A stretch of 64,000 nt of DNA, from the NCBI RefSeq assembly GCF_036971445.1, contig NC_091476.1, forward strand, positions 98,270,001 to 98,334,000, in the 5' to 3' direction. Source of the DNA: Narcine bancroftii. Taxonomy: Eukaryota. This document shows, piece by piece, positions 12,474 through 25,414 of this stretch (position 1 is its first letter; every line of letters begins with the position of its first letter). The notes under the pieces were generated by a model. The model was not told the DNA's origin and made no database searches. It was given only the letters and a program-made list of their open reading frames with translations. The translations under genes were made by a program, and so were the position numbers.

Positions 12474-15019
12474 GTAAGTCGATCTATTTGCTACAAATTG
12501 GGAGTAAAACAGTAAGAGGAAGTGTTGTACATGGAAGGTGGGCAAGTGGTGAATGTCAACTTTACTGTACATTTCTCAGTATGTGCAATCATCGGCAGGG
12601 GTTTCTACTGAATCTGTGGAGAGTACGTTCCCACTTCATGTTTGTTTTGTGACCTGTCTCCCAAGATTTAATCGAGTGCGTTAAACATTTTGTTTTCCAG
12701 CACACAAAGTTGACAGTTTTGTCCCAGACATCAGGGATCAGGATCCAACTGCCCAATTGTGGAAATATATATGAAACCGAATATCAGTGCAATGTTGTGA
12801 AAGTTTCAGACACAAAATTGTGATGATGAAATAAGTGAATTTAATCACGTATTCCGGTCAGAACCAAGACAAGGGCGTTGAGAGAACGATAAACTGATTT
12901 TTGCGTTAACGATTGCACCTAATAAATGTCATATTCTAAAGTAAGACTTTACGGCTTAAAATTTTACACTTACTCCGAACTGGGTGATTTCTTCTTTCGA
13001 GGAATCTGTTTCAAAGTAGAATTGTTGCTAAAGTTTTGGTTCCATTTGGAAGTTTATATGATCCAGACAAGTGCAATTGTCGGCTATTTTGGCAACTTTA
13101 GTTTTGGATCGACACTTGTGTAATATAGACACGTGGATTAAAAAGCACGGTTTAAAGATCATCGTTTCAAAATCACTTCTACTAAGAAAACTGAATGGGG
13201 CGAGCTCTTTAACTTCATAGTTTTGTTTTATAAAGTCTGTTTGAAATGAATAACATTGATCTGTAGTTAATTTAACGGATCATATTTATCAGATTTTTCG
13301 TATGTCTTCCAAACTTCAACTTCAAATAAAATTTAGGCAGAGGGCAATTTCCCGCGATTAACCTGCGATTTCTTTTGACGATTTATTTTGATTTGAGCAC
13401 TTTAGTCGTCTTCTTCATGGCATTCAGGTCGGTGTTCAAGTAACTTGAATCATCTTCTTGCCAGAATTTTAAAAATCAAAATTTACTTCTGAAAAAATAC
13501 TTTTTATTTGAAATGCTCTTGAATGTATGAAGTCATCGAGTAAAAATGAAGCATTGATAAACTTTCTGTATTAAATAAATATATTAATTCGCCCTCTCAC
13601 TAACTGTAGCTATTAATATCATGCATTATAGTAATATTAAAATAATGCTAGCATTCGTTAGCACCAACATTAGCTTTCGTTAAAATTACAAGGAAATATT
13701 TGGACAGGCACTTGAATAAGTAAGGCATAGAGGACATGGTCTCAATGTCGAAAAATTGGAGCTGTCTAAATAGCCCCAAAGGTCGGCAGTGACTGGTGGG
13801 CAGGAGGCCTTCCAGTGCTGTACGATTTTCTGCCTCTGTGGCTGAGCTACTGATACTCGGCAACTTTATTCTGCACCTTTAAGGCAGAAGATAACGTTTC
13901 TAATAACGTAATCAAACAAAAGAGAATGACTCGGACCACGGAAATATGATGGGTAAATGTTGAAGATACGCTTTCCACAAGCATGGTAAATCATATCAAA
14001 TACTGTGAAATTGTTTTGTCAGAAACCGCCCCGTGAATGTTGCAGATGAGTTTTTTTTCATGGACACACATTGTCGGATATATCCGCGGACCATTTTTAA
14101 AGATAAAGATGTTCGCCGATTTCTGACCTAACGAGTGCCAACTATTAAAGGAGAAAGTGCGAGCCGAGAGCACTCCGTTCCCGCAAATCGGCTTCCAAGC
14201 CCCTTCGAATTTTAGAAGAATTCGAGATTTCCTCTGCTCCTTAACCCGAAACTTTGTAAAACAAACTATCAAACATTTTAAAGTCGTTATTTTAAGGTTA
14301 CTCGTTGTAATATAACTGGTTACATGCTGCCCCAAAGTGAAACTAGCGTTGGAAAACAACATATAAACTTTTCTAAACGCCATAGTGGACCATGGCAGGA
14401 GAGGAGGGAGTTCACACCAAACTCTCCATTATGCCTTGCTGTGCAGGTCTAACACAAGCCTCACACACCAAATACCCCTTTGTCTCAACCATTTTGTGTC
14501 AAACGCCAACTCCCACTCTAGATTAACCAAGAGTCCAAATGAACTGCGAGCAGAAATTTGCCAATCCGTTAACCAGAAAATCTAACCTCATAAAGGTAGG
14601 CCTGTTAATGTCCAGAATTAATTTTCACGTTTAGAATGAAAAATGTATGTCCGCGGAAATGATCGTTTAACGAGTAAATGACCAAATATTGTTGGATATA
14701 CATTATAAACACCGTGCTGTTATTTTCCTACGATACTGGAGACTAATTAGATAGTTATTGATTTTCAGACCACCTCTAAGGGTAAAGAAAAATGCGCAAT
14801 CCATTGGAATGGGTTGTTGTAATTGCTGAACTTCCACTGATGCTGTCTTTGGTTGCCGAGTCGAATTGGTGGGCACGTGGGGATGGTGGAGGACAAAACG
14901 CTGGTGCTCAAGGATCCAGCGAGCTCGGAGTATTTTATCGTACGCGGAATCTTTTAGAACGAAGAATGTTCCTCTGAGAAGAAAATTTACATTAAACATT
15001 GTTCCTCTGTTATCAGTAG

Positions 15020-15210
15020 GAATGCACGTGCCTGCTCTCTTCCAACATCCCCCAGAGCTTCCAGGAAAACACTGCAGGCGGCGGAAAGCGCGCACGGTCT
15101 TCTCTGACTCTCAGCTGTCGGGGCTGGAGAAACGCTTTGAGGTCCAGCGCTATCTGTCAACCCCAGAGAGAGTGGAATTGGCGTCGGCACTGAGTCTCTC
15201 GGAGACCCAG
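15020..15210 (+). CDS. BSX: BSX coding exon 2 (homeodomain helices 1-2 and start of helix 3)
   Basis: Acceptor TAG|GA at 15019/15020 (alternative CAG| at 15016). Encodes GMHVPALFQHPPELPGKHCRRRKARTVFSDSQLSGLEKRFEVQRYLSTPERVELASALSLSETQ. Donor CAG|GTACAG at 15210; exons 1+2 total 453 nt, in frame. Confidence 0.96.
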
Positions 15211-16513
15211 GTACAGCTGGGAGGGCGATTGAAAACGGGAGTAAAACCCAAGTCCACTGAATTTCATTTTGGCAGATACAGGGAGCTCTTTAGTCTGTTT
15301 CCCCAAATGATCTCATTGCACAAGACCAAAGCAACCAAGTAAACAGAAACTGGGGTTAAAACATTGAGGTTTAAACAAAGCTGGTATAATTAATGAGCAA
15401 AAATTCCAGTTTATATTCTCAGAGAATATGTGACTTTTCCACGCAGAAGTGAGACGCGAAAGGGGAGCAAGTTATTGGTTCACTCTCATGACTTTGAATG
15501 TGACCGTGACTGTGAGAACCCGTCCTTCGGATGGACTGAGCCGGTCACCCCCCGTTAAGTGGGTGGCCGAGTGACATGAAGTTCAACGAAGAGCTGCACA
15601 CCTTCGAATTCGAGCAATTCACAATTTCTGCTTCCACTCTGCTTTCGCTAGCACTAAAACCACCCCTCCCACAAAGGCACCAGAAAACGACCACCACCCT
15701 AAATATGCCCCACCCCCAAGCGCCCGTGGACACGGGGTTCCCATCACTGAAAATTGATGGAGTTATCATCTAAATGCCCTGAACGAATACGTGGGGTTCT
15801 TTATTTGAATACAATTCTTTGGAATAGAATCCACACATGTAGTAGTGAGCATGTATTATAATAGCGACAATATAGTATTAAACAAGTGAAAAACTTAGTG
15901 AGAGTAAAATAACAGATGACCCTGATCAATATATTTTGTACACGCGTCGACGATATCGGCTCACTCAATTACAAGTCACTTTAAGGGTCCCCTTAGAAAT
16001 TTGGAATTATCCAATCTTCCATCTGTACCGTAATGGTGCGAATTGTGATTTATGGTGACCGCACTTTCTCACACCCAAAGAGCAAACAACAGGACCCTCT
16101 GGTCGTTTGTTTAACCCATCACATTCCTTGGGCAAAGTTTTCATACCCTATACGTCCAATGCGTTTAGATTAGATTAGATTCTATTTATTGTCATGTAAT
16201 AGAGCAGAAATGTAATATTACCCGGAAATCAAATATTAGTTTCAATTTTCAAGAAACATATTTATGTTTTCGGCAGAAATAAATAATTTCGAATATACTT
16301 GTGAAAACATGTTGGGTTTGATTTCTAGCAGGGAACTAATCCTTTAATTTGAAGAACCATCTAAAATTATCTATGGTCAACGACGGCTAATTCCATCCCT
16401 CGCCCGCTGGCAATATCGTCCATCCATAACATTATCGTGCGTTTTCTCTAAACTCGATGATGCTGGTCTCTTCCTATCAAATTCTTTCTGCTTCTGGTTG
16501 TTTTTTTTTAAAG

Positions 16514-16771
16514 GTTAAAACGTGGTTTCAGAATCGAAGAATGAAACATAAAAAGCAGTTAAGAAAGTCTCGGGACGACCAAGGTCAGAAAAACTCGCCC
16601 ACCGACGACCAGCGTCTTGATTCCAGCGTCAACGAGCTGGAAATAACCCCGAACAATTCCATGGAGATCAAGTCTTTGAGCAGCCAGAACACTTTCTTGT
16701 TGGAGGAGCACGAAGATGATGTGGATATTATTGAAGACGATGATATTTGCTCTGTTGAACATATAGCGTAA
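16514..16771 (+). CDS. BSX: BSX coding exon 3 (recognition helix and acidic C-terminus)
   Basis: Polypyrimidine tract then AAG|GTT at 16513/16514. Encodes VKTWFQNRRMKHKKQLRKS...EEHEDDVDIIEDDDICSVEHIA, stop TAA at 16769-16771. Spliced protein is 236 aa. Confidence 0.96.
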   Translation, partial: VKTWFQNRRMKHKKQLRKSRDDQGQKNSPTDDQRLDSSVNELEITPNNSMEIKSLSSQNTFLLEEHEDDVDIIEDDDICSVEHIA

Positions 16772-18419
16772 AATAAGATTAAAACTCAAGACCTCTGAAA
16801 GAGAGACTTTTCACACGGGAAATACTGAGAGACTGTTGGATTTGTCGGGCGCTGGGCAGAAGGTTGCAACAATCCCATCGACCTGACGCGCCGATCCCGG
16901 GATCGAACCTTCTGCTATTTAGTCTCCATATCGGCCGAGCTTTCCTGTACATAATTATTAACGAAAATCTAATATTTATGTCACATATATATTCGACTGA
17001 AATAATGCCTAATACTAGCTATACTATGACATCTGTTGGTAATGTTGACTTTACTTGTTACTTGTCGAATGAATTTCGTCAACATTTTTGTTATATAAAT
17101 GTTCATAAATATAATTTTCAAGAAAAGGGCATTTAAACCATTGACTCTTGCAGATAAGCTTAGAAAGATGAACTTTATAAACCGTACGTAGACCTGAAGT
17201 AAATCGGTTATAAATGATCAACAGATTTCCTTTCAATTTAACAAAACCATAACTTTAAAACACTGTATACGGTTTTAAGATAACGCCTTTAGAAGGAACA
17301 ACAGCGTCTGCTTTGTGTATATAGAGTGTATTTATTAAATTCACATTCCAGACCATCCTTTCTTATTAATGATAGAAAATAATTTATACTATTCCTATAA
17401 ATTATTCAGTGTTTATTGCAAGAGTTGTTTTAGTAGAAAGTTTGACTAGAATTTCAAACAAGGAGGAAAAATAGATTACTATTCACTTTATAGCATATAC
17501 TGCATATGGTATTTCATATATAATATATAGTAAATGTAATCTTAATTATATAGTATATGCTATTTGAATATACTGTGTGTTATCCTATGTATAATATATT
17601 CTATGAAACATACTGTATATATCATATACAATGTGTTGTCCTGCACTGTACAGCTATATTGTTGTGTGTGTTCTTTAACACAAGACTGTTTTTCAACATG
17701 TGTGTGTTGCTTACAATCTGCTTCAACATAATCAACATTTCTTATCTGCATCACATCTCCCTGCAGTCAGTACGTTCATTCTAATCACAAAATTCAAATT
17801 GTGACTCACAAATAGACAGCCATTTAACAGTCAGAATACGATACTGGCCTCAGAAGATTGGTTTTAAAATCATCAGATTCAGCTGGTTGATACCATTATC
17901 AAATTGCACTTCTTCGAAACAATCTGGGACAGCACAGGGTCAGGAAAGATGCAGTTTTATTCTTTATAAAGTGGTTATAATGACCATAATAATGTGTACA
18001 AAACTATGTTACACTGGTTTCCAAATGGTTTGTGTCCAACTTTACCTATTTAAACATTTTCGATCTCAGGAAAAATTGTTCATCATTTCATTAGGTTGAT
18101 ATTGTGTTTTGTTAAAGTAGGCAACAATGAAAAAGTGACTGCAAATGCATTAATCTTTTAACATTCTAAGGTTCTGCTCAATTTACTTTAGTTACAGCCC
18201 TATTATGGCGTCAAATTAAAATAGATCACTGCATGGTAATGACCCATGCAAACCACCACTACATTGATTTGGCAGATTGAAACTCTGTACTGCAATGTGA
18301 AATACTTCTACTCACCCTCAATACATTTTAAAACTTTGTGATAAAATGTTCAGTGAAAATACAAAGAAACAATGAACTTACTCAACAGCACACAGTGCTT
18401 AGACTTCCAGTGCCTAGAA

Positions 18420-18640
18420 TATTGGCCATTTTCAATAGGGGCTGGAAAGCCTCCTTGGGGCCACTGCAAATGTACGGGGGTCGCAGAAAGAAATCATAAT
18501 TTTTTTAATGTAATTGGTAGGAGAGAAGTATGCAAGAAACTAACTATTCTTGACTGCTTCATAGTGAAGTGAAGGGGGCCCATAAACTTTGAGCAGAGTC
18601 CTAAGGGAGCAAAGCCAAAGAAAGGTTGAGAAAGGCCTAG
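18420..18640. mobile_element. Degraded hAT-type MITE
   Basis: Imperfect inverted ends (GGCCATTTTCAA / TTGAGAAAGGCC) near CCTAGA target-like sequences. Confidence 0.35.
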
Positions 18641-19262
18641 ATAATAGGATATATTATGAAGCAATTAACAACAAATATCTAATTAGTTTAATCTACATAG
18701 TTCCTACTTTTATTATTTAGTAGAGAGATTCTGTCACGTTACTTAGTTACGTAAAGACCTGCCTCTACAACAAGAAGTCTATGCCCATGAATGAATTATA
18801 AGGCCATTTATTGATGTCAAGAAGCCATACTGAATCACTATTGGTCACATGAACCAAGCACATGACAAGTAGTCTCTGCTATTCTCACACATATAGATAC
18901 ACTTTGCTCATAATTTCAAATTTAAAAATGATATGTTAGAGTAACTAAATATTCTGGTGGTGTTGACAAGACACTTTATTTCAGCACCAGGAGTAAAATC
19001 AGGAATCATTTTCAAATGCAAAAAACATCATCCAAATCTGAAACTTTCTCCAAAAAGAAGCTTCAGTTGTTGAGACATTTGACACTTTCAAGACAAAGGT
19101 CAATCCATTTTATTTAGGGCATAAAGACTAATGATGTTCATGGTAATTGAAGTTAAGAAATTCATCAATGGTATAATTGTGCTAACAAACCTAGCTACTC
19201 AAAAACAGGTAACTTCCACCAAATGGAGAAATACACAGTTGAGGACAAAACGGAGTGGAAAA

Positions 19263-19608
19263 TGTGATAGATTATGTTATCTTTTATATTTTATATAGAT
19301 ATGTTTTAAAAAAAGATAAATTGTGGGGTTTTTTTTTGGTTAGGTCACAAACACTTCACAACACAGATCTCAGTTAAAATGTCAAAGTTCTGCTCAAGTC
19401 AGACAGTTCAGGCTCCCAGTGCCTTTGTAAAAACAATGGAAACTACTTTGCTGAAGGTCTCCACAAGTAGGTGTTAATTGGACATGCTGTGGATTAATAG
19501 ATCATTGTTTTGGAAAGCAACAGATGAATGGACCCTGAAGATTGGGTCCAGTCTCGCAGTCTATCTGAATGCAGTTTTCTGTTCTTAGAGGGTCATGTGG
19601 TTTTCTCT

Positions 19609-19653
<45 letters not shown>

Positions 19654-20310
19654 GTTCTACAGTTCTACAATTCAGCAGCTGCTGCGACTGGAACAAGTGG
19701 CTTTGGGAAGCTTGTTTGAAACCCCATTTTGAAGATGAGTTGTGAGTTCTTCATTCAGCCCGTTCAAACCCCTTGTAGTCTATATAAGAGGAGATGGCTG
19801 GAAAAAGAAAAAGAACTCTGTGGTGACCCACAAGAAAAAGGTTATCATCTAGAAAACCCTGATAGGGCAAATTTCTTCAGCAAGACACCGAAGTGGCTGA
19901 TTAGAAGGAATTAATTGTATGTGTCCAACGAGCAACAAATCTCTCTCGGAAAACCAACAAGAACTCTGTGGTGACCCACAAGAAAAAGGTTATCATCTAG
20001 AAAACCCTGATAGGGCAGTAACCATTTACCTTTCAAACACCAAAGCCTGATGAAGATTTATAAATGTTAAATTCTGTGCACAGTATAAGAATTGTCTGAT
20101 ACTGGTGAACTTGGAGGAGTGAGAAATGAGATTGGACTGTGAATCAAAGAACTTTTCTGAATGGAGTTAAGTTAGGTTCAGTTAATAGTAATAAAGTTTG
20201 ATACTGTTTTCATGTTTAAAGATAATTAAAAGCAACTTTTTGTTTAAGTAACCATTTGCTTTGGTGAATTTCTCTTGCTTTAGGGTTTAGGGTCCTCTGG
20301 GCCCATCACA
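19263..20310 (+). mobile_element. Solo LTR (family A), about 1.05 kb
   Basis: TGTGAT...ATCACA termini, internal (GA)n, TATATAA at about 19782 and AATAAA at about 20190. A second copy lies at 46924-50493. Confidence 0.85.
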
Positions 20311-23300
20311 AAGTACATCTTGTGGAATAACATGACAAGCTCAAGTGGATGACTTACCTACTGTTGCCATTTCTGATAATCAGTCTCCTTTTAATATTAT
20401 GGCCATCATGTTAGATTAGTATTCTATAAAACTGATTAAACCCTCAGTATTAAAGTATCTAAATTGACCTAGAATGTAAAAAAAAACCAAATGAATTGTT
20501 TACTTAAAACTTGAACAATTCACGACTGGAAGATTTTTAGCATTAACACCTCATGGAAAATTGATGGCTTTCTATCATCCTACAACACAGAGAGACGAGG
20601 AGTTGCCTGTGCTGGAGAAACATAAAGATGACCATTAAGTCCTAAAAAGCTTTTCACAATTAAAGATCAGTTCTTGACCATTATTATCACAACCATCTAC
20701 AAAGGAAGAAAATAACTGTAAATTGTCTGTGTGAATTCAAAGGATAAAAAGGATAGTAATTGAACCTTCAATAAACTCCTGTTACTAATAATTATCAAAA
20801 AGCAAAAAGACTTGAGAATATGGTCATTATATGATTAATGGCTTTTAGTGATATATTTTCAAATAGAGCAAAGGTAGTTTCAGCATGGGGTGACAATTTT
20901 ACTCTTTAACCTCTAAAAGGGTGTTGCATTATCTAATTTTGTATCTGGATTCTAGGATCCTCAAAACCTGAATTTTGTGTCGAATTGCTAAAATGATAAA
21001 GGGAAAATATTACACGTTGGAACTTGCTTCTATTGAGAGAAAAATAATCTGTTCATACTCCCCATGCCACCATTCTCCAGTGTACAACCATTCAACTGTA
21101 ATACCCTGCCCATCCAAGATCCTGTGCCTGGGAACTAAATTTACATTTACATTCTGATTTATCTTGAAATTTAACAGTCACTTTTCCTCTCTAGTTAACA
21201 CCCTATATTTTTAACAAACCACATTCAAACCATAACCGGACAGCTTAGTCATTATTTTCAATTACAGCTTGGTCTTTCGACAACTTCTGGAAATGTGAAC
21301 ATGCCATCAGATGAGAGAAAAAAAAACAGGATGGATTGAGATAAAGTAATTACATTTGAATTGCTTGTGCTTGAAGGAATAATGTCAAAAAGCTGGTACA
21401 TATGCAATAAAAATAAATTTCTGTGATGCTTAATTTTTAGCAATCATTAACACAGAAAAATCAAATCACACCAATCAATATGTTTTAAAACTACATAAAA
21501 TTTCTCCTGAAAAACAAACTCAATTCAAACAGCAGATTTTGTACAATCATATTTGAATATTCCTCACTTGATAGTGTGCTTTGCCACATAAAAATGGATG
21601 TTATTAGCATAGTGTAGTGCTTTGATTTCTTAATCACAAGATTGACATCACTTTTTATGACATACGAATAAAATGATAAAAAATCTCATTTCATTTCCAA
21701 ACATTTCCTTATTAGTACATAGATTTCTTTGCAAATCCAAATGTTTTAATCAGTAGGGGATGCAAAGAAGGAGATTCCATTATTATTTTTTTATTGATGC
21801 TGATCGCAATTTGTTTTCCTTTAAGTTTCAAAATTTCATTTGCATTCACTTTAACCAGAAGCACACATTTCCTTTCCTGTCATTGAAATATATCACATTT
21901 TTGTTACATTGTTGCGAAAACAAGACTGCAAATTGCTATTGACTGCAATTTTGTTCAATCAATTACCAGTAATTCAATGATCTTTGTAATTTATTTGCCT
22001 TCTAATTTGTCAACTAATGATAATTTATCTCTTCCCTGCTGTGAGTGAGCTATGGCAACTGAAGACTGGTTTAGTGTGATTTTTTTTTTAAAAATTACAG
22101 ATTTAGTAAATCTGGAAGAGCCACAGAAAATGATTTAATCACTCAGCAGGTTAGAGTGCTTTGTGCCCAGTGAAAAAGAGTTAATGTATCAGGTCAAAGA
22201 CCTTTAAACAGAACAAAGAAAGAAAGAAAAATTAGCTTTAAATTCCAATTTTGTTTGCCTATTCCCACATATTGAACATGCAAGTAAATTATATGTGCAT
22301 ATATAATTAATATTATGAAATCTGAGTAATATTTATTTAAAACATTGTAATTGTTATTTAAAACATCTGTTAATTAGCTATCCACTAACAAGTTACAGCT
22401 GAAATTTTACCTGATGACTCACATTGAAATTTCTAGAGTTTTACAATCAAACTGATAATAGCAAACAACTTTCAAATTTAATATTGCCAAGAGTATTGAA
22501 AACCCCTTTCTTATTTGGATTAAACTAAATAAATATTAATTGCCATTTTATGGCATTTTTTTAAAAACATGGGAACATAACTAAATTAAAAGTTCTATCA
22601 GGGAAAGGCATTGAAAATTATCCATGAGTAGACTATTCAATTTGTAAATGTGTCATTCCAAAATAATAGATTAAATATAATGCAGAATGATGTCATGTGG
22701 TGGTGAGAGGGGAGGTTAGGAGATGATGGTTAAATAACTTAGCCATAAAGCTAAGGGTCATTTTTTAATATTTTCCTCAGCATGTTCGGCCACTTTCAAA
22801 TGCTTTAATTTCTAATGTTTTAATTCTTGTTAAAACTGTGCAATTTATTTTATATTGTTCTCCTTTAATCCCTTTATGAAAATGGATCACTTCATATTTC
22901 TATTTGGCATTTTGCCTATTTCATTAATTCATCTCTCTTCTCTTTTAGTTATCATCTTCCTCTCTATTCACTACATTTCTAAACCTTGAGACATAGGGAA
23001 CTTTAAACGACCAAGAGCAGATCAGCTAATGAAATTTTAAAAATGAAATGGTCTCAACACTGATCTTCAGGTCATTATTTCATTCTTCCACCACACTGTG
23101 CCATACTCACGCCCTCTTATACTAACAGAGTGAATTTCTGCAGTATCTAAGATGTCAGCAACCAAGTACGTAACGTTATTCCCATTATTATCGCATCTCA
23201 TTTCTTTGCCACATTCACTTTCAACGAGAGTTAACCAATACTTTTAAGAAAAACTACTCTGATGAAATAATTTTGTGGCTACAATTTCAGGAAGAGAGAA

Positions 23301-23404
23301 GCTAAAGAGAAAGTTTAAATCTATGATAGAGTGAAGGATCAATCATCAGCTATTTTGAAACCCAGAATGTGTGGCTGAGTTTCTCCAGCACTTTTGTGCA
23401 TTGC

Positions 23405-23530
23405 ATAACCACCTTGTGAAATATTTTTCTGATTGTTGCATGGGTTCCTTAAAGGAAAATCTTGCTTGACTAAGCTCCTGGAATTTTTCAAGGACGTAAC
23501 AAGGAGGGTGGACTCAGGAGAGCCAGTTCC
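23405..23530 (+). mobile_element. CR1 LINE RT fragment
   Basis: Encodes an HGFLKGKSCLTKLLEFFKDVTRRVDSGEPV-like segment typical of CR1 RT. Confidence 0.7.
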
Positions 23531-25414
23531 TGAACGTCTTGATCTGACGTTCCAGTTCGACTAGGACTTCAGTATCTACCAGTCAGCAACCAAGAATGGG
23601 ACTTTAATTCCTTTTAAGTTTACTCAGATCTTACTAGAAATTTTGTTAAAATGCTATGTAGTATCCAAAAAAAGAAAATTAAAACATGTTGGAATATTAA
23701 TTGGAATAATACCCCATAGAATGGAAAACATGCCCTTCAGATACCACCTAAAGTTCCAATTATGCCAGATTATAGGAGTGCTTTCATAGTTCTATGATAT
23801 CACATCAGCTTTCTTGTAGTCTTCATCAATATCAAAGTCACCACTAGCAAATATTTTATTATGCCAGATGGAGAAGAAATAACATTAATATTTGTGAGTT
23901 TGCTCTATACTTCAATTTATTTCATTAATTCTCAAATAAACAATATATTAATTGAAGGCATGTGAAAATTGTAATGGACATAACAATTCTTAACATTTCT
24001 CAGATTGGTATTAAAAATATTCAAATCTCCTTGGTTCATTCTGAATATACCATAATTTCCATTTTAACTTTTCAAAAATATCTTTTTATCATCTTAATCT
24101 TATTTAACATTAAATGTATTTTGCTTGGTTTTTTTGCAACTTCAGTAATGAGCCTGGACTCACCTTCATATTTTAATATCCAATCATCTCCAATGGTTTA
24201 ATGATTGGATCATTACATCAGGTGCTTTTTGGTGTTTATCTCATACCTATTCTATGAGTAACACCAATTCATTGAAAAGGACTTATGGTTAAAATTAATT
24301 TACTTCCTGTGGAATGATACTCATAGGCCTCAAATCAACAGGCTGGCTGAATAAGCACTGATATTTCAGTCTTACCGGGAAAGACCATGCAAAGATTAAT
24401 GTTCTTCACCCTTCCTGAAGGTGTCCATTTGTTTTCTTTATTTTTTTTAAATGAGCCCTCGTTTCCCACGTTAGTCATTTCCTTCCACAGATTTTTTGTG
24501 CATATTCCACATAGCCATCCAGGAAAAGCGTTTGCATTATTATTTATTGGCAAAACATCAGAAGATCTCTTTTCACTGTAAGGCACATATTGAATATAGA
24601 GTAGCACCTTTTAATATATCACTGATCATGATAAAGTAATTCTGGTTCAAATTTTAAAATAGTTACAGAGAGAAGCCAATTATTTAACAATAACATTATA
24701 TGGAAAACAAGGAAATGGAGTACATTGGGGATTTTGTAAGATAAACTAGTTCATTTTCTAAAATGTGAATTTGATATGCTGACAATTTAAAAGGAAAGCA
24801 GATAGTGTACAGATAGTGCAGAAGGTGATCAATTAAGAGATTAAGCATTTTGCAGCACATGGGGCGCATCTGCATTTTCCCCTAATAACAAGGCCATCAG
24901 CTCATTTTCAGAACACTGCTGTCTACTTCAGTTCAGGATTCACTTCAAAGACCCACTGTCTGCCTGTGCTATTTAATCAGAGAAAGGATGCTAATTTGGC
25001 CTCCTTAATGTGTGGTGGTAAGAGACTCCTTCAATTAACTGAATTCTATACTAGGAGAATAAAGGGATGCAAACAAGAGTCGAACTGGAAAGGCAGATTT
25101 CTCATTAAATCAAAAGGTCCGGCATTCATTATCTCTTGCATCTGAGGCTAAACACTAAATGCACACAGAGCATCAAAGGGTGCGTGATGGGTTAAATAGG
25201 GAATGCAATCTAATTAAAATATTACATATGGGTAAATAGCTCTTTGATATTCATCTAAAGGTTCCATTAAAGAAATAGGTGCTTCAGATTTGTATTATGT
25301 GGGGGATTATCACTTTTAAGTATAGACAACAAGTTTGTGCCTAATCAGAACTGATTCAAAGTGTCATCATTTTGTGACCCATTTGGCAGAACCAGCCAAG
25401 AATGAGAAAATATA

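Larger units (their letters stand above)
6800..17300. promoter_or_regulatory. CpG-undepleted domain spanning BSX (putative non-methylated island)
   Basis: Visibly far more CG dinucleotides than flanking unique sequence, despite AT richness. Assessed by eye, not counted. Confidence 0.65.

Noticed and set aside
12080-12652. 190-aa ORF as a single-exon gene or N-terminally extended BSX
   Set aside because: It starts at TTG; homology begins at ATG 12212 and ends at the GT donor at 12474. The rest is UTR or intron read-through.
14866-15342. 158-aa ORF as a stand-alone homeobox gene
   Set aside because: Only 15020-15210 is exon; helix 3 is completed by exon 3.
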